28,251 nt of DNA from a virus. Its lineage: Duplodnaviria; Caudoviricetes. The position numbers were made by a program, and so were the translations under genes. This document shows positions 25,736 through 28,251 of this stretch, piece by piece. The stretch covers positions 1 to 28,251 of the IMG/VR virus record IMGVR_UViG_3300034418_010223, one strand, 5' to 3'. The notes under the pieces are model-generated. The model saw only the letters and a list, made by a program, of their open reading frames with translations. It had not been told where the DNA came from and did not search any database. Within the stretch, counting starts at the first letter, position 1; the number at the start of each line of letters is the position of its first letter.

Positions 25736-25945
25736 GGCCTTGGGTGAACCGTTTGCCCCTTTACCCTAGCACGGGATTGGCGGGATCGGGGCGGCCGAAG
25801 CGGGGGTGGTGGTCGGTTTCTTGTGTGGCACAGTGGCGGGTAGGGAACCTACTGATACAACTGGCTTCTTGTCTATCCTAGCACAGGGGGGAGGGGTTCA
25901 TTCTGTGCTACGCTAAAACAAGCCCCCCAAAAATACAGCATCACA

Positions 25946-26131
25946 ATGTTGGCTATTGTGCTACTCGCCCAAACAGCAGTGCCCTGGAGCGGCCAGGGCC
26001 TCTGCCCACCGGGCTACTACCGCTACGGCAACTACTGCACCCCCACCACCCGAAGCACCCCCACGCGCATCACCACAACCTGCACCCAACCCACCAAGTA
26101 CACCACCACCTGCCTGGAGCGCCGCAACTAA
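25946..26131 (+). CDS. small Cys-rich protein with hydrophobic N-terminus
   Basis: MLAIVLLAQ..CPPGYYRYGNYCTP; TGTGC-TACGCT promoter at 25904-25914; TAATG coupling to next ORF. Confidence 0.6.
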   Translation: MLAIVLLAQTAVPWSGQGLCPPGYYRYGNYCTPTTRSTPTRITTTCTQPTKYTTTCLERRN

Positions 26132-26493
26132 TGGGCTACCGCAGACGCAGTTGGGGCTGGCGCACCACCTGGCGCACCCGCACCCGAAAGACCGGCCCCA
26201 GCCTGGTGCGCGGCCACTACCGCCGCATGTCAAACGGAAAGATCGTCTGGGTAAGTCCGCACATGCGCCGAAACTCATCCCTTCCGGTGTACCGCCAACC
26301 CACCAGCGTCTCAACCCTGCGCATAGTTTCTCCAGACCCAGTTCGCCCCGTCCCCGAACCGATCACGTATCAGCCACCCCAACAGACTCGCCCCGCGCCA
26401 CAACGCCTCGACCCCACCGACCACACCGCCTACATCATCTCTTCTGTGCTAGCCCTTGTATGCTTAGCCGGACTCCTCGCCCTCCTCACCTAA
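26131..26493 (+). CDS. Arg-rich protein with C-terminal transmembrane helix
   Basis: VRGHYRR..NGKIVWVSPHMR motif; YIISSVLALVCLAGLLALLT tail; abuts TerL ATG. Confidence 0.6.
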   Translation: MGYRRRSWGWRTTWRTRTRKTGPSLVRGHYRRMSNGKIVWVSPHMRRNSSLPVYRQPTSVSTLRIVSPDPVRPVPEPITYQPPQQTRPAPQRLDPTDHTAYIISSVLALVCLAGLLALLT

Positions 26494-27741
26494 ATGCCTG
26501 CTGGAACGGCAGAACTAACGCTACGAAAAGCGCAAGGCGCAGTATTCAACAGCCGCGAGCGCTTTAGGGTCCTTGTAGCAGGCCGCCGTTTCGGCAAATC
26601 GTATCTCTCCTGCATCGAACTCCTACGCGGTGCCATCGACAAACCGGGCGAAACCTTCTTCTATTGCGCCCCCACCTACCGCATGGCGAAAGACATCGCC
26701 TGGAAGGTCCTCAAACAACTGGTGCCCAAAGCGTGGATAAAAGCGAAAAACGAAACGGACCTCAAGCTCGAACTCGTAAATGGATCAACTATCGAGCTGA
26801 AAGGAACCGAAAACGCCATGGCGCTTCGCGGTCGCAGTTTGAGCGGCGTGGTGCTGGACGAAGCTGCCTTTATGGACCCCGGCGTCTGGTTCGAAGTGCT
26901 CCGCCCCGCGCTAGCCGACAAGCAGGGCTGGGCCTTATTCATTTCAACGCCGGATGGAACGGCGAGCTGGTTTTACGACCTGTGGTGCTACGCGGAAGAA
27001 GACCCAAGCGGATTATGGAAGCGCTGGTCTTATACCACGATTGAAGGCGGCAACGTCCCAGCCGAGGAAGTCGAAGCCGCCCGCTCCCAACTCGACCCCC
27101 GCACCTTTCGCCAAGAGTTCGAAGCCTCCTTCGAGAACCTTTCCGGCCTCGTCGCCGTCAACTTCTCCGAAGACAACATCGACAAAACCGTCAAGGACAT
27201 CCCCGAACTCACCCTTTACCTCGGCTTGGACTTTAACATTGATAATATGAGCTGTGTTTGCGCAGTTCGAGTAGAAGATGAACTCCACATCTTCGACGAA
27301 ATTGTTATGGTCAACTCGACAACATGGGAAATGGTCGAGGCCATCAACGAAAAATTCGGCCTGGAGCGTCGTAAGGACGTATCACCCGATCCGACTGGTG
27401 CAGCCAGGAAGACAGCTGGTGTTGGTTTAACGGACCACGCTATTCTTCGCAAGGGCGGCATAAAGGTAAGCAGTCCCCGCTCTCCCTGGAAAGTCCGGGA
27501 CAAGGTGAACTGTGTCAACACGGCTGTATTAGACAGTAATGACGTCCGGCGTCTCAAGATTCACCCCCGTTGCAAGGAAACGATTAAATCCTTGCGCACC
27601 CTTACCTACGACGCCAACGGGATGCCCAACAAGAAGCTTGGGGTAGACCATTTGTTCGATGCTCTCGGCTACCTATGTCTGATGAAATTCAACTTAAACA
27701 AAAGCACCCAATCGGGCGGCACTAGCTATCGAGTTTGGTAA
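26494..27741 (+). CDS. terL: terminase large subunit
   Basis: Walker A AGRRFGKS; Walker B LRGRSLSGVVLDEAAF; ISTP; nuclease GLDFN and DHLFDALGY. Confidence 0.96.
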   Translation: MPAGTAELTLRKAQGAVFNSRERFRVLVAGRRFGKSYLSCIELLRGAIDKPGETFFYCAPTYRMAKDIAWKVLKQLVPKAWIKAKNETDLKLELVNGSTIELKGTENAMALRGRSLSGVVLDEAAFMDPGVWFEVLRPALADKQGWALFISTPDGTASWFYDLWCYAEEDPSGLWKRWSYTTIEGGNVPAEEVEAARSQLDPRTFRQEFEASFENLSGLVAVNFSEDNIDKTVKDIPELTLYLGLDFNIDNMSCVCAVRVEDELHIFDEIVMVNSTTWEMVEAINEKFGLERRKDVSPDPTGAARKTAGVGLTDHAILRKGGIKVSSPRSPWKVRDKVNCVNTAVLDSNDVRRLKIHPRCKETIKSLRTLTYDANGMPNKKLGVDHLFDALGYLCLMKFNLNKSTQSGGTSYRVW

Positions 27742-27791
27742 TCAACTCGTGCTGCTGTAAGCTGCTACTAACAAAATCCAGGTCGATAGCC

Positions 27792-28251
27792 GTGTATCCA
27801 GGCCCTGCGTTTAGCAATACAGCGTATTCCGGGTATCTGTCTGGGTCAACGGCAACCGACGACCCGTTTTACCGGGACAACGACGTCGCAGCGATGTCGG
27901 ACGGCTGGCGAATCATGGAAGCCGTAACGAACGGCAGCGACTGGATCCGTCTAAACGCCCCGATCTACCTGCCTCAAGAGCCCCGCGAGGACGAGGAAGC
28001 CTGGAAAGCGCGTATTCGGCGCAGCGTCCTCTCACCATTCACGATCCGGATCATCGAGAACGCCGCCGGCCTAGTCCTGCGCCGTCCAATCCGTGTGCTT
28101 GGGGACGAGTACTGGCAAGATTTTGCCCGTAACGTCGACGGTCTGGGCTCTTCGATAAACGAATACGCCCGTCGCGCCATGATTTCGACGCTGACCTACG
28201 GGCACAGCGCCATTTTGGTCGACTACCCCAACGCCCCTGGAGCGCTGACTT
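27792..28251 (+). CDS. portal protein (DUF4055-like), truncated by window end
   Basis: open frame from GTG: W..M.AV..G...IR....YLPQEPRED.EAW..RIRRSVL.P; follows TerL. Confidence 0.85.
   Translation, partial: MYPGPAFSNTAYSGYLSGSTATDDPFYRDNDVAAMSDGWRIMEAVTNGSDWIRLNAPIYLPQEPREDEEAWKARIRRSVLSPFTIRIIENAAGLVLRRPIRVLGDEYWQDFARNVDGLGSSINEYARRAMISTLTYGHSAILVDYPNAPGALT

Noticed and set aside
23937-26567. ORFs 23937-24791 (-) and 25956-26567 (+)
   Set aside because: Antisense or off-frame products of compositional skew (Pro/Arg-rich); better ORFs with promoters or RBS occupy the same DNA
1-28251. tRNA genes, integrase/att site, HIP1 (GCGATCGC) enrichment
   Set aside because: No cloverleaf or integrase recognised by eye; HIP1 occurs only sporadically

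Overview
About 28 kb of a tailed dsDNA phage genome, most likely a siphovirus-like cyanophage of a GC-rich picocyanobacterium (Synechococcus/Cyanobium). The host call is inferred from gene content: RpoD-type sigma factor, ThyX, PolA, Prim-Pol/AAA helicase, an NblA-like ORF and cyanophage-style small ORFs. Layout: (1) + strand late tail module (1-9313) with tail-tube-like proteins and two mosaic fibre + small-protein cassettes; (2) - strand middle/replication module (9426-20679) with M15 endolysin, thyX, NrdR-like Zn ribbon, sigma factor, DNA polymerase A, DUF3310, RHH regulators, a low-GC KilA-N moron and primase-helicase; (3) SSB, PD-(D/E)XK exonuclease, HNH-AP2 endonuclease and small early-type genes; (4) TerS, TerL and the start of the portal. 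No tRNA, CRISPR array, integrase or IS was seen. The most unusual signals are at DNA level: a strongly strand-polarised octamer CTGGARCG (about 32 copies on +, 4 on -, none before 11.9 kb), an iteron/palindrome origin candidate inside the primase 3' end, a candidate antisense RNA against the primase leader, a promoter/terminator-bounded orphan sRNA after the endolysin, a CATTCAT repeat cluster, and a G/C-skew switch between TerS and TerL. All product calls come from motif recognition by eye; no database searches were run and counts are manual.
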